Part shown: in pieces, positions 49,714 through 59,296 of the stretch
Position numbering within the stretch: the first letter of the stretch is position 1
How the letters are laid out: the number at the start of each line of letters is the position of its first letter
DNA from: an uncultured Verrucomicrobiae bacterium
Lineage (GTDB): Bacteria; Verrucomicrobiota; Verrucomicrobiia; Chthoniobacterales; JAFAMB01
Assembly (NCBI GenBank): GCA_963837955.1
Contig: CAWIPH010000002.1
Span: forward strand, 2,816,001 to 2,880,000
Direction of reading: 5' to 3'
DNA: 64,000 nt
Made by a program: the position numbers and the translations under genes
Notes under the pieces: generated by a model
The model's input: only the letters and a program-made list of their open reading frames with translations
Databases searched by the model: none
What the model was told of the DNA's origin: nothing

Positions 49714-50768
49714 TGACTATGGAAGCCGCGTTGTTGGTCGAGAACCTGCGGGCCTACTATTTGATGCGCTATTTCGGCGTCACTCGCGAAGTCCGCGCCG
49801 TCGATGACATTTCCCTCGAAGTAAAGAGAAACGAGATCTACGGGCTCGCCGGGGAGTCGAGCAGCGGCAAGACCACCTTCATCAAGACCATCGCGGCCGC
49901 AATCCGGCCACCGCTCGAAGTGGTCAGCGGCAGCATCAAGTACGGCTTTCTCGACCGCGACATATACCACCTTTCCTCCGAAGCACTTTCCGCGATCCGT
50001 TGGAAGCATCTGTCGTACATCACTCAGGGTTCGATGAACGTCCTGAACCCGATCCGCCGGGTGCGGCAATCCTTCATCGACTTTGCCCTTCGCCATATGG
50101 GCCGGTCAAAGAGAGAATTTTTTGCGATTGTCGAGAGCCATCTTTCCCGTCTGGGTTTGGCGCCGACTGTCCTCAGCGCCTATCCGCATGAGTTGTCTGG
50201 CGGCATGCGTCAGCGGGTCGCAATCGCGCTCGCCACAATCTGCCGGCCGGAATTCATCATCGCCGACGAACCCACGACTGCGCTCGACGTGGTCGTTCAA
50301 AAAAGTGTGCTGAGGATGATCCGCGAAGCGCAGCAAGAGCTCGGCTCGTCGATGATCTTTGTTACGCATGATCTCACCGTCCACGCAAATATCGCAGACC
50401 GACTTGGCATCATGTATGCCGGGCGGCTGGTGGAGGAGGCGCCGACGACGGAGATCTTCCACAATCCGATGCATCCCTACACTACCCATCTCGTCGCAAG
50501 TCTGCCGCGGATCGGCGACGCGACGCCAAGAAAAGCGCTTTCGGGGGCACCGCCGAGCCTGGCCGATCCGCCGAGTGGATGCAGGTTCCACCCGCGTTGT
50601 CCACTCGCCATGGACATCTGTCGCCAGGTCCATCCCGCGCTCACGACGCTAGCGGCCAACCACCGGGTCGCATGCTATGCGGTGAGTCCGCTCGTCAAGC
50701 CGAGCGCAGAGCTTGCGCCCGCGTCCGCTGCGAGTCCGGATCCCGAACTTATGAGACTTGTCCCGTGA
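49713..50768 (+). CDS. Opp/Dpp ABC ATP-binding protein (OppD-like)
   Basis: GESSSGKT, YPHELSGGMRQR, ADEPTTALD, HPYT, GCRFHPRC. Confidence 0.93.
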   Translation: MTMEAALLVENLRAYYLMRYFGVTREVRAVDDISLEVKRNEIYGLAGESSSGKTTFIKTIAAAIRPPLEVVSGSIKYGFLDRDIYHLSSEALSAIRWKHLSYITQGSMNVLNPIRRVRQSFIDFALRHMGRSKREFFAIVESHLSRLGLAPTVLSAYPHELSGGMRQRVAIALATICRPEFIIADEPTTALDVVVQKSVLRMIREAQQELGSSMIFVTHDLTVHANIADRLGIMYAGRLVEEAPTTEIFHNPMHPYTTHLVASLPRIGDATPRKALSGAPPSLADPPSGCRFHPRCPLAMDICRQVHPALTTLAANHRVACYAVSPLVKPSAELAPASAASPDPELMRLVP

Positions 50769-51610
50769 GCAGCGATCTTCTCACCGTCGATCATATTACC
50801 AAGGTCTATTCGACCGGTGGAATGTTGGGCCGTACCGCATTTGCCGCCCTCGACAAGGTCAGCTTTTCTCTTCAGGCCGACCGGCCGGAAATCTTTGCGA
50901 TCATAGGCGAGTCCGGCAGTGGCAAGACGACCCTCGCCCGTATCATTCTCAACATGCTCGCGCCGACTTCAGGCACAATCACTTTCCGCGGAACTGATTT
51001 TTCGAAGATACGCGGGCGACGGAGCCGGCTCGAATTCATGAGCCACGTGCAACCGATATTTCAAAATCCGTTCGAGGCCTTCAATCCGTTGAAACGCGTC
51101 GATCGCTATCTGTTTGCTTCCGCCAGCCGTTTCGTAGGACTCCGTGGACGGGACGCTCGCGAGGCAGCTGCTGACCGGGCTCTGAAGCAGGTTGGGCTGT
51201 CGCTCGCCGAAGTGAAAGGGCGGTTTCCGCATGAGTTATCCGGAGGACAGCTTCAGCGAACCGCTATCGCCCGCGCTCTTGTCTCGTCGCCGGCGCTCAT
51301 CGTTGCAGACGAACCTGTCTCAATGGTCGACGCCTCGCTCCGCATGTCGATCGTCAATTTATTCAAATCGCTCCGCGACGAGTTGAAAGTGTCGATCATT
51401 TACATCACGCACGATCTGGCCACCGCCTATTACATCAGCGACCGGGTGATGATCATGCAAAAAGGTAAGGTAGTTGAAACTGGACCTGCACGTGAGGTGC
51501 TCTCGAACCCTCACCACCCTTACACGGTTCTTCTGCGGGCCTCGGTTCTGTCGCCCGATGACGCCGACCGAGCCGTCGGCGCTCCTTCCAATGAAGGTAC
51601 CGTCGCGTAG
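50765..51610 (+). CDS. Opp/Dpp ABC ATP-binding protein (OppF-like)
   Basis: GESGSGKTT, FPHELSGGQLQR, ADEPVSMVD. GTG start overlapping the upstream stop. Confidence 0.93.
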   Translation: MSSDLLTVDHITKVYSTGGMLGRTAFAALDKVSFSLQADRPEIFAIIGESGSGKTTLARIILNMLAPTSGTITFRGTDFSKIRGRRSRLEFMSHVQPIFQNPFEAFNPLKRVDRYLFASASRFVGLRGRDAREAAADRALKQVGLSLAEVKGRFPHELSGGQLQRTAIARALVSSPALIVADEPVSMVDASLRMSIVNLFKSLRDELKVSIIYITHDLATAYYISDRVMIMQKGKVVETGPAREVLSNPHHPYTVLLRASVLSPDDADRAVGAPSNEGTVA

Positions 51611-51929
51611 CGTCTCGGGCCCTGGAGCTTGATCCGCGCATCGCGTCGGCCATTCGCTCGACCTGAGCAAGTTTCCTCTCAGAAACAGGGCTTCGAATTC
51701 TTCCATACTTGCGCTACGGCGGCTCAACATTTTCGCTACTTTCTCATTCGCGGAGGAACGGCCGTGGAATCGGTTTGGGAGCGATTCAATGGGCGGTAAT
51801 GTTTCGGTTCGGTTTCGCTCCCCGCAGTTTTCGTTTCCATTGTGTCGACTTTCGTCTTTTGGCAGACTTGCCGTGGCCCATCCATCTCATTGGGTGATTT
51901 GCCGACTAAGGTACGAAGCACCGTCTCTT

Positions 51930-51947
51930 ATTGGACTTTAGTCCCAT
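51930..51947. promoter_or_regulatory. 18-bp box (ATTGGACTTTAGTCCCAT), candidate response-regulator site
   Basis: Matches consensus ATTGGACTAAGGTCCAAT, seen six times in 51.9-63.5 kb; partial second site at 51904. Confidence 0.6.
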
Positions 51948-51985
51948 AGACGGAGCAGAAGCTGATAACCTAAAATCTGACCCAA

Positions 51986-53524
51986 ATGACTGATACACCA
52001 TGTCCGGGGAGATACAGTCAGGGAGTACCCATTTTTGCCAGACTGATTCCGGCAGCGTGGATCAGGAATAATTGGTGGCACCGACGCGGTCCATCGCGGA
52101 ATCTTGGTTCGGGTTGTTTGCGCTTTGTGACACTCGTTTTCCCGATCCTCGTCGCGGGCTGTGCCGCTTACGGCCCCTACCACGCGAATACATCGGAAGA
52201 ACAATTCAACTCAGTACGAGGACCCAAGGACGGACGCTACAAATTGGCGTTCATCGAATTCGGGGATCAAGGGTCAATGTTAGATACATCGCAACTAGGC
52301 GCTGCTCTCCAAGTAATCGGTAAAGCGGAGCGTCCGCTACTCTTCGTTTACATCCACGGCTGGCAAAACAACGCGATTTCGGGAGACGTCTGCCGGTTCG
52401 AACACTTCATCGATACGATGTCGCGCATTCCGGAGATGACCGCGCGAAAGATTAACGTAATCGGCGTCTATATCGCATGGCGTGGCAGAGACCTTACTGT
52501 GCCAGGACTAAGTTTATTGACATTCTGGAGTCGCAAGTCCGCAGGTCAGATAGTTGCGTCACAAAACGGCTGCCTAGCTGCCATCAGCGAGCTCGCATTG
52601 GCTGCTCGAGCGCCAGATAAGAAATATCACCATTGTGTGCTATTAGGCCATTCATTTGGCGGGTTGGTGCTGGGGAATACCATTTCTCATTCCATTCTCG
52701 ATGCCGGCAGCAACGGTGTACGCAATTCCAGTCCATGGGACATGGCGGTGGCGTTTAATTCAGCAGATAGTTCCATTGGCTCCCGGCAATTGATGGCGGA
52801 ACTCAATTACCTGTATAAATACGATGAAAAACGGCATGCGTATGTTGCTCGAACGTCTCTGGAAAGCGGTGTGGTCATAGAGGAAAACCGTCCATTTTTG
52901 GTCATCCTGCAATCAGAGAACGATCAGGCGACGGGCCAATTCTTTCCCATTGGGACGGGAGTGTACAACACCATCAATCTTCGCTACCATTGGGATAAGG
53001 TATCGGTGCCCGGTAGGCACGGAAGCAAAGTATCTGAACAGGAGTTCTACACTCGGACACCGGGCAACAACCCGTATCTAGTCAATTATCACGTCGTACA
53101 TCTTGGGGAAACCACCGCGCCATCCGATCTAAGAGCGCAGGAGAACAGAGCGTTCGAAGCCAATATCAGGCAAAACGTGCGCGACCAGATCTTTTATACC
53201 AGTGAACGTAACGATGGCCACGAAAACCGTTTCTGCCGCAATGGCAGCTATAATCCCGATGAGGTCAGACCATCTACCGGAAAAGAAGTTTGGCGGCGAT
53301 GGCAATTCGTTTATTCGGGTAATGCCCGGGTACCATGCTGGATTGTTAGGGTGCCAAAGGATATTATTTGGGGTCACGGCGGACTGTGGAGCGACAACTC
53401 CGTCGCCATGTTGGGCGCTCTTTTCCGGATGCATTTCCCGCTGGAAGGCGGACGCATTGCGCTTCCTCCTCAGCGCCCTAGCGTTCCAACGACCCCGGAC
53501 CTGCAACAGTTAAACCAAGATTAG
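51986..53524 (+). CDS. Alpha/beta-hydrolase-fold putative lipoprotein
   Basis: LVAGC lipobox (true start probably near 52120), YIHGWQNN, GHSFGG nucleophile elbow, late GHGG His. Confidence 0.75.
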   Translation: MTDTPCPGRYSQGVPIFARLIPAAWIRNNWWHRRGPSRNLGSGCLRFVTLVFPILVAGCAAYGPYHANTSEEQFNSVRGPKDGRYKLAFIEFGDQGSMLDTSQLGAALQVIGKAERPLLFVYIHGWQNNAISGDVCRFEHFIDTMSRIPEMTARKINVIGVYIAWRGRDLTVPGLSLLTFWSRKSAGQIVASQNGCLAAISELALAARAPDKKYHHCVLLGHSFGGLVLGNTISHSILDAGSNGVRNSSPWDMAVAFNSADSSIGSRQLMAELNYLYKYDEKRHAYVARTSLESGVVIEENRPFLVILQSENDQATGQFFPIGTGVYNTINLRYHWDKVSVPGRHGSKVSEQEFYTRTPGNNPYLVNYHVVHLGETTAPSDLRAQENRAFEANIRQNVRDQIFYTSERNDGHENRFCRNGSYNPDEVRPSTGKEVWRRWQFVYSGNARVPCWIVRVPKDIIWGHGGLWSDNSVAMLGALFRMHFPLEGGRIALPPQRPSVPTTPDLQQLNQD

Positions 53525-53767
53525 CTGCGATGACCGACGCCGCCATCGTCGGACCAAAGACGCCCCACGATCGTCCAGAGGACGATTAATCGTACGAACT
53601 CGGGAACCAACACGAGGCGACATTCAATAACTCCTTCGCGACTATCTCGATGCCCGAGTATATCGGAGCAGGGTCCGAGCCTTTCCCATAGCACAATAAG
53701 CGAGCGACCGTTTTGTACCCTGACCGCATCCGCGCGGTAGGAATTCCCACTTACCGGAATCTTCTCA

Positions 53768-54445
53768 ATGCCTAACTCACGACTCTTCGGATTCGTCATT
53801 AAGGAGCTAAAGGAAGTCCTGGCTCCGACACTCTTCTTCGCGATCGGATTCAACATCATTGTCCTGACCACCCAGCTCCTTCTCGCTGATTACCTGGTTA
53901 GTTTCGCGAAATTCATGGTCGCAACCGTGGCTGCTCTGGTCGTCGGCAAGTCAGTACTGATTGCCAATGCATTACCAATTTTGCGCCGTTTCGACACCGC
54001 CCCACTAATCCGGCCGATCTTGTTCAAGACCATCGTCTACTGGGCGGTCGTCTTCATGGTTCGATTCCTGGAAAAGCTCGCTGAATACTGCTTCAGCGGC
54101 GGAACGCTCGGCGGAATCTCCGAATACCTGGCTACTCATTTTTCCTGGCACCGGTTTTTCGCTGTTCAGATCTGGATCTTCGTTTTGTTTCTGATTTACA
54201 CCTCGGCTGCAGAGCTGAATGCGCTCTTTGGCGATGGCGAGCTTCTTAAAATTCTCTTCACCAGGCGCTCATCGGAACTGAAGCTAACGCGCCGGCAACG
54301 GATTCGAGCACTGGTGAAGCTGAGCCGGCTGACTGAGGCGCACACGCTCGACGAGTTGGCAGACCGAAATACGGCAGCGCACGCGACATTGATCAGCATA
54401 CTCGGTGGACTGGCCATGCGGAAGACACCAGCTAAGCACTGCTGA
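53768..54445 (+). CDS. Hypothetical multi-pass membrane protein
   Basis: About 4 hydrophobic segments; ALVVGKSVLIA...P...RF motif; 225 aa. Confidence 0.75.
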   Translation: MPNSRLFGFVIKELKEVLAPTLFFAIGFNIIVLTTQLLLADYLVSFAKFMVATVAALVVGKSVLIANALPILRRFDTAPLIRPILFKTIVYWAVVFMVRFLEKLAEYCFSGGTLGGISEYLATHFSWHRFFAVQIWIFVLFLIYTSAAELNALFGDGELLKILFTRRSSELKLTRRQRIRALVKLSRLTEAHTLDELADRNTAAHATLISILGGLAMRKTPAKHC

Positions 54446-54557
54446 CCGCATGATCGGTAGCGATCTATCCTTTAAATCGATCCCTTCGATACCGCGAACG
54501 TCGGACGGAATGACTAACGATCGTCCGTAATTGAGGAACGAACCGGCGCTTCTGGGT

Positions 54558-57500
54558 TTAGTGTTTGCTAACACCAGCAGGCTGCTCAACCAGAGGCCCT
54601 GCGGGCTCACCTTTTCCCTTTCGCTGAGTAATCCTCTCAACCAAATAGAACAATACCGGGATAAGAAATATTGCGACGAATGTCGCTGACAACATCCCAC
54701 CAATTACTGTTGTCCCAAGGATCTGCCTCGAGGCAGCGCCGGATCCGGACGCCAACCACAAGGGTACACACCCGAGGATAAACGCAAACGCGGTCATCAG
54801 GATTGGACGAAGCCGCAAACGGGCGCCAGCCAAGGCCGCATCTGCGATTGGTTGCCCTTTTTCGTATTCGGCCTTAGCAAATTCGACGATCAAGATTGCG
54901 TTTTTTGCTGCCAGCCCAATGAGCATGACCAAACCGATCTGAGCAAAGACATCGTTTTCGAAAATGATCGAGCTCTGACCATAGACGTCGTTTTTGAAAA
55001 GTCTGCCGACAAGGGCCACAAATGCTCCGAGCACAGCTATCGGCGTGCAGAGGAGAACGCTGAACGGCAGCGACCAACTTTCGTATTGGGCAGCAAGTAT
55101 CAGGAAGACGAACAGAAGCGATAGCCCGAAGATTACGGTGGGCGGCACTCCTTTCTGGGCTTGTTGCTCCTGGAATGACATATCCTTATAGTCAAATCCC
55201 ATCTCCGCCGGCATCGTTTTCGCAAAAACATCTTCCAGCGCTGCCATAACTTGGTATGAGCTAACACCCAATTTCCCATTCACATTTATCTGCGAGCATC
55301 GCCGAAGATTGTAACGCATCGTAAACTCGGGCCCAAAACGCCGCTCGATGCGTGTCACCGAAGAAAGTGGAACCGGATTTCCCTCATCATTACGCACATA
55401 GAACCGGCCGACATCCTCCGGTTGGGTTCGAAATGGTCCATCCGCTTGGACGTACACCTGCCATGACCGCCCAAACCGATTGAAGTAATTGACAAACGAG
55501 CCACCCATAAAGACCTGCACGGCCTTATAAACATCGGACAAATTGACTCCTTGCTTCAGGACCTTGTCTTGATCGACGTCGAGATAAAACTGCGGAACGC
55601 TTCCCAATAAAGTGGTTGTGATCCTGGCAATTTCCGGGCGCTTTCGGGCAGCATCCATGAATTTCTGGGTCTGCTGATTGAGGAAATTCACGTCCATTCC
55701 GGCACGATCTTCCAAGAGGAAAGTTACACCCCCGGATGTTCCAATACCTGGGATTGACGGGGGCGGGAAAACAAACACAATTCCCTCCGGGATCTTGGTG
55801 AGCGATTGATTCGCATTCTCCAGGATCGCTCTGAGATGCTCTTCCGTAGAAGTTCGCTTTTTCCACGGCTTCAAGGTCACAAAGAAAAAGCCGTTATAGG
55901 TGGTGCTGACGCCGCTCAAAAGGCTGAATCCGGCGATGGTCGTGACTCCTTCCACTCCTGGGGTCTTTCGGAGGATATCCTCGACCTGTTTACAAGCCGC
56001 GTCGGTCCTTTGCAATGATGCCGTTTCCGGCAACGACAGATTCGCATACAGATAACCCTGGTCCTCAGTTGGAACGAATCCTTGCGGGATTTTTCCACCC
56101 AACCAACCCGTCGCCAGCAAGACCAGAATCAGGAACAAAATGCAAAGAAAGCCGCGTCGCATCAAAAGGTGACAGACGCGTATGTAGCCGTTCGTCGCGG
56201 ATCCAAAGATTTTGTTAAATCCGTTAAAGAAAAACGCCAATGGTCCTCGGCCAGGTCCTTTTTTGGGCCGCAAGAGAAGCGCCGAAAGCGCGGGACTCAA
56301 TGTCAACGCGTTGAACGCTGAGAAGATCACTGAAACCGCGATGGTAACTGCAAACTGCTGGTAAAGCCGCCCGGTGATTCCCGGAATAAATGCGGTTGGG
56401 ATAAAAACCGCCGCCAGAATCAGTGCAATGGCGATAACGGGTCCGGAGACCTCTTCCATGGCCTTAAGCGCAGCGTCTTTCGGCGACAAGCCTTTTTCAA
56501 TATGGTGTTCGACTGCTTCGACTACCACGATCGCGTCATCGACTACCAGGCCGATGGCCAGAACGAGTCCAAGGAGTGACAGCGTGTTGACTGAGAATCC
56601 AAGCAATGGAAACACTGCGAATGTACCAATCAGGGATACGGGTACGGCACAAAGTGGGATCAAAGTGGCTCGCCAGCCTTGGAGGAAAACGAAAACAACC
56701 AGGATGACCAGCAGCATCGCCTCTGCCAGCGTCTTATAGATTTCCTCCATCCCTGCGGTCACCGCCAGAGTGGTGTCGAGAGAGATGGAATAATCGAGTC
56801 CCGAAGGAAATCGCTGTTTGAGCTGGCCCATCAGCTCCCTTACACCTTTTGCCGCGTTGACTGCATTGGAACCGGGCAGTTGGTAAATGGCAAGAACCGC
56901 CGCAGGTTTGCCGTTGAAACTACTAATCTGTGAGTAGGTCTGAGCACCTAATTCGACACGTCCAACATCTTTGATCCGCACGAAGGAACCATTTGAACTC
57001 GCCCGTATGACAATGTTACCGAACTGCTCCTCTGTTTCTAAGCGTCCTTGCGCCAAAACAGTATTGGTAAAAGCCTGTCCGGCTGGTATCGGCTCGCCTC
57101 CGACCTGCCCCGCCGGATTCACCGTATTCTGGGCGCTAACTGCTCGCTCGATTTCCGGAGTTGTAATGTTCAGTGCGGCCAGCTTATTCGGATCAACCCA
57201 GATCCGAAGCGCATATTGACCCGCTCCGAAGACAGACACGCTTCCGATGCCGGGCACCCGAAGAATCGCGTCATTCAAATTGATGTAAGAGTAGTTGGCC
57301 AGAAACTTGGAATCGAACTGGCCCGTCGGCGAGTATAAGGAAATGACCATGAGCGGCGCCGAAGTCGATTTTGCCACCGTCACACCGTAATTCTGGACGC
57401 TGGAAGGCAGCTGTGACTGCGCCTGCAAGACGCGCATTTGAGTGAGTACCTGATCGGTATTCGGATCGGTGGTCACATCGAAGTTAACAGTCTCCTTCAT

Positions 57501-57761
57501 CGAACCGTTGCTCGCGTTGAGCGAATACATGTAGTTCATGTGATCCACGCCGCTAAGCTGCTGTTCGATCGGCGTCGCAACCGATTGCTCTACGGTTACC
57601 GCGTCCCCGCCAACAAAGGTCGTGTTGACCGCGATTTCCGGCGGAACAATATTGGGATACTGTGCAACCGGCAGACTGAGGAACGAGACGACGCCAACGA
57701 TCACCATGATGATAGCGATCACCATGGAAACGATCGGACGATTGATAAAGAATTTCGACAT
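54558..57761 (-). CDS. RND multidrug efflux permease (HAE1/AcrB-like)
   Basis: [53 protein letters not shown]. Start set to ATG 57761. Confidence 0.96.
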   Translation of the reverse strand: MSKFFINRPIVSMVIAIIMVIVGVVSFLSLPVAQYPNIVPPEIAVNTTFVGGDAVTVEQSVATPIEQQLSGVDHMNYMYSLNASNGSMKETVNFDVTTDPNTDQVLTQMRVLQAQSQLPSSVQNYGVTVAKSTSAPLMVISLYSPTGQFDSKFLANYSYINLNDAILRVPGIGSVSVFGAGQYALRIWVDPNKLAALNITTPEIERAVSAQNTVNPAGQVGGEPIPAGQAFTNTVLAQGRLETEEQFGNIVIRASSNGSFVRIKDVGRVELGAQTYSQISSFNGKPAAVLAIYQLPGSNAVNAAKGVRELMGQLKQRFPSGLDYSISLDTTLAVTAGMEEIYKTLAEAMLLVILVVFVFLQGWRATLIPLCAVPVSLIGTFAVFPLLGFSVNTLSLLGLVLAIGLVVDDAIVVVEAVEHHIEKGLSPKDAALKAMEEVSGPVIAIALILAAVFIPTAFIPGITGRLYQQFAVTIAVSVIFSAFNALTLSPALSALLLRPKKGPGRGPLAFFFNGFNKIFGSATNGYIRVCHLLMRRGFLCILFLILVLLATGWLGGKIPQGFVPTEDQGYLYANLSLPETASLQRTDAACKQVEDILRKTPGVEGVTTIAGFSLLSGVSTTYNGFFFVTLKPWKKRTSTEEHLRAILENANQSLTKIPEGIVFVFPPPSIPGIGTSGGVTFLLEDRAGMDVNFLNQQTQKFMDAARKRPEIARITTTLLGSVPQFYLDVDQDKVLKQGVNLSDVYKAVQVFMGGSFVNYFNRFGRSWQVYVQADGPFRTQPEDVGRFYVRNDEGNPVPLSSVTRIERRFGPEFTMRYNLRRCSQINVNGKLGVSSYQVMAALEDVFAKTMPAEMGFDYKDMSFQEQQAQKGVPPTVIFGLSLLFVFLILAAQYESWSLPFSVLLCTPIAVLGAFVALVGRLFKNDVYGQSSIIFENDVFAQIGLVMLIGLAAKNAILIVEFAKAEYEKGQPIADAALAGARLRLRPILMTAFAFILGCVPLWLASGSGAASRQILGTTVIGGMLSATFVAIFLIPVLFYLVERITQRKGKGEPAGPLVEQPAGVSKH

Positions 57762-57777
57762 TGAGATCCCCCCGAAG

Positions 57778-58998
57778 CTAGGATTGGCCAGCAGACGAAC
57801 TCTTCTTTGATGCGTCTTGTATTTCCTGGGCCTTCCTTGAATCCGTATAAGGCTTGGCCAAAACCTGTATGCCTTGCCGGACTTTTTGAAACCCTTCCAC
57901 AATCACCTTTTCGCCCACCTTCAAACCGTCGGTAACGACAATCATCTGACCAAAAGTCGGTCCGACTTTTATGGCACGGATTTCTGCCTTTCCATCCGGA
58001 CTCACCACCCCTACCTGGTTGCCGCCTTGCAGTTGCGACACAGACTGTTGTGGAATCAACAGCGCGTTGGGGATCGACCCGATCTCGGCACGCGCCGTCG
58101 CGTATTGTCCGGGTCGCAACGTGAGCTCGGGATTCGCGAAGCTGACCGCTATTTGAATAGTTCCAGTCTTTGGATCGACTTGCCGATCCACGAAAGCGAA
58201 CTTTCCCTTATGGGAGTAAGCGCTGCCGTTAGGCAGGATGAGCTCTACTCTTTCTCCACGTTCGGCTTCCGGCACCGCCATCGCCTTCTTCAAAAGGTCG
58301 GCAAACTCCCAATAGGTTTGTTCGCTAATCGGGAAGTAACACCGGATCGGATCGATCTCGGATACCGTGGTCAAAACCGTATTGGACCCGGTTCCAACCA
58401 AGTCGCCAATCTGCGCCTGCGCCTGACCGGCTATGCCGTCCAACGGCGAAACCACCTTGGTGTAATCAAGGTTCAGTTGCGCTGATTCAACTGCTGCCTG
58501 GGCCGCTGCTACGGCCGCTACTTTGGTCTGGTAATCCTGTGTTTTGTTCGTGTACTCCTGCTCAGAGATAACTTTGCCCTGGAACAACTCCTTTGCCCTT
58601 TTCGCGTCCAGCTCGACGCCAAGTAAAGTTGCTTGGGCCTCCTGCAGCTGGCTCTTCGCTTGATCTAACGCCGCGATGAAAGGTCTGGGATCGATCTCGA
58701 ACAACAAATCGCCCTGCTTTACATAGCCGCCTTCCTGGTAGGCGCGCTTCTGCAAATATCCGGTCGTTCTGGCCTTGACATCTGCGTTCTCGGATCCATT
58801 CAGCGTGCCAACCCACTGACGGATCATCGGTACTTCCTTCTGGATGACCTCGGTGACCAAAACCTCGGGAGGACCGGAAGAAACCGTCGACGCGGGTTTC
58901 TGGCATGAAGTGAAAGCTATGACGACGGGCAATGCCGCCCAATAAACAGCCTCTCTCATAAGTTCTTGCCTGTATCTGACAACAGAACCTCTATCCAA
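57778..58998 (-). CDS. RND periplasmic adaptor (membrane fusion protein)
   Basis: Lipobox-like [47 protein letters not shown]. Start may be ATG 58959. Confidence 0.95.
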   Translation of the reverse strand: MDRGSVVRYRQELMREAVYWAALPVVIAFTSCQKPASTVSSGPPEVLVTEVIQKEVPMIRQWVGTLNGSENADVKARTTGYLQKRAYQEGGYVKQGDLLFEIDPRPFIAALDQAKSQLQEAQATLLGVELDAKRAKELFQGKVISEQEYTNKTQDYQTKVAAVAAAQAAVESAQLNLDYTKVVSPLDGIAGQAQAQIGDLVGTGSNTVLTTVSEIDPIRCYFPISEQTYWEFADLLKKAMAVPEAERGERVELILPNGSAYSHKGKFAFVDRQVDPKTGTIQIAVSFANPELTLRPGQYATARAEIGSIPNALLIPQQSVSQLQGGNQVGVVSPDGKAEIRAIKVGPTFGQMIVVTDGLKVGEKVIVEGFQKVRQGIQVLAKPYTDSRKAQEIQDASKKSSSAGQS

Positions 58999-59111
58999 GC
59001 GTGTGATCCAAGCTCAGTCCTATTTTTGACTGTCGGAACGGGAACCGCGTTCTCTTCCCAAGCGCTGGCTCTATGTCACTACGATTATATCAATCAGCGA
59101 CTACCAGGTAT

Positions 59112-59157
59112 ATAGGACCTTAGTCCAATGAATTGGCTGATTGGACTAAGGTCCAAT
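59112..59157. promoter_or_regulatory. Pair of inverted 18-bp boxes in the divergent MFP/kinase promoter
   Basis: ATAGGACCTTAGTCCAAT (59112-59129) and ATTGGACTAAGGTCCAAT (59140-59157). Confidence 0.7.
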
Positions 59158-59296
59158 GGCGGATGCATCAATCTCTGCTATAGTTATAGCTCTCCGCTTA
59201 AGCGGAGGTTGCCGGGTGGAGAACCGGCGCAGTGCCGCCATTCTGTGGCGAGCAGGGATTCCCGGCCGACCTAAACGAAATAAGAAGGATACCGGA

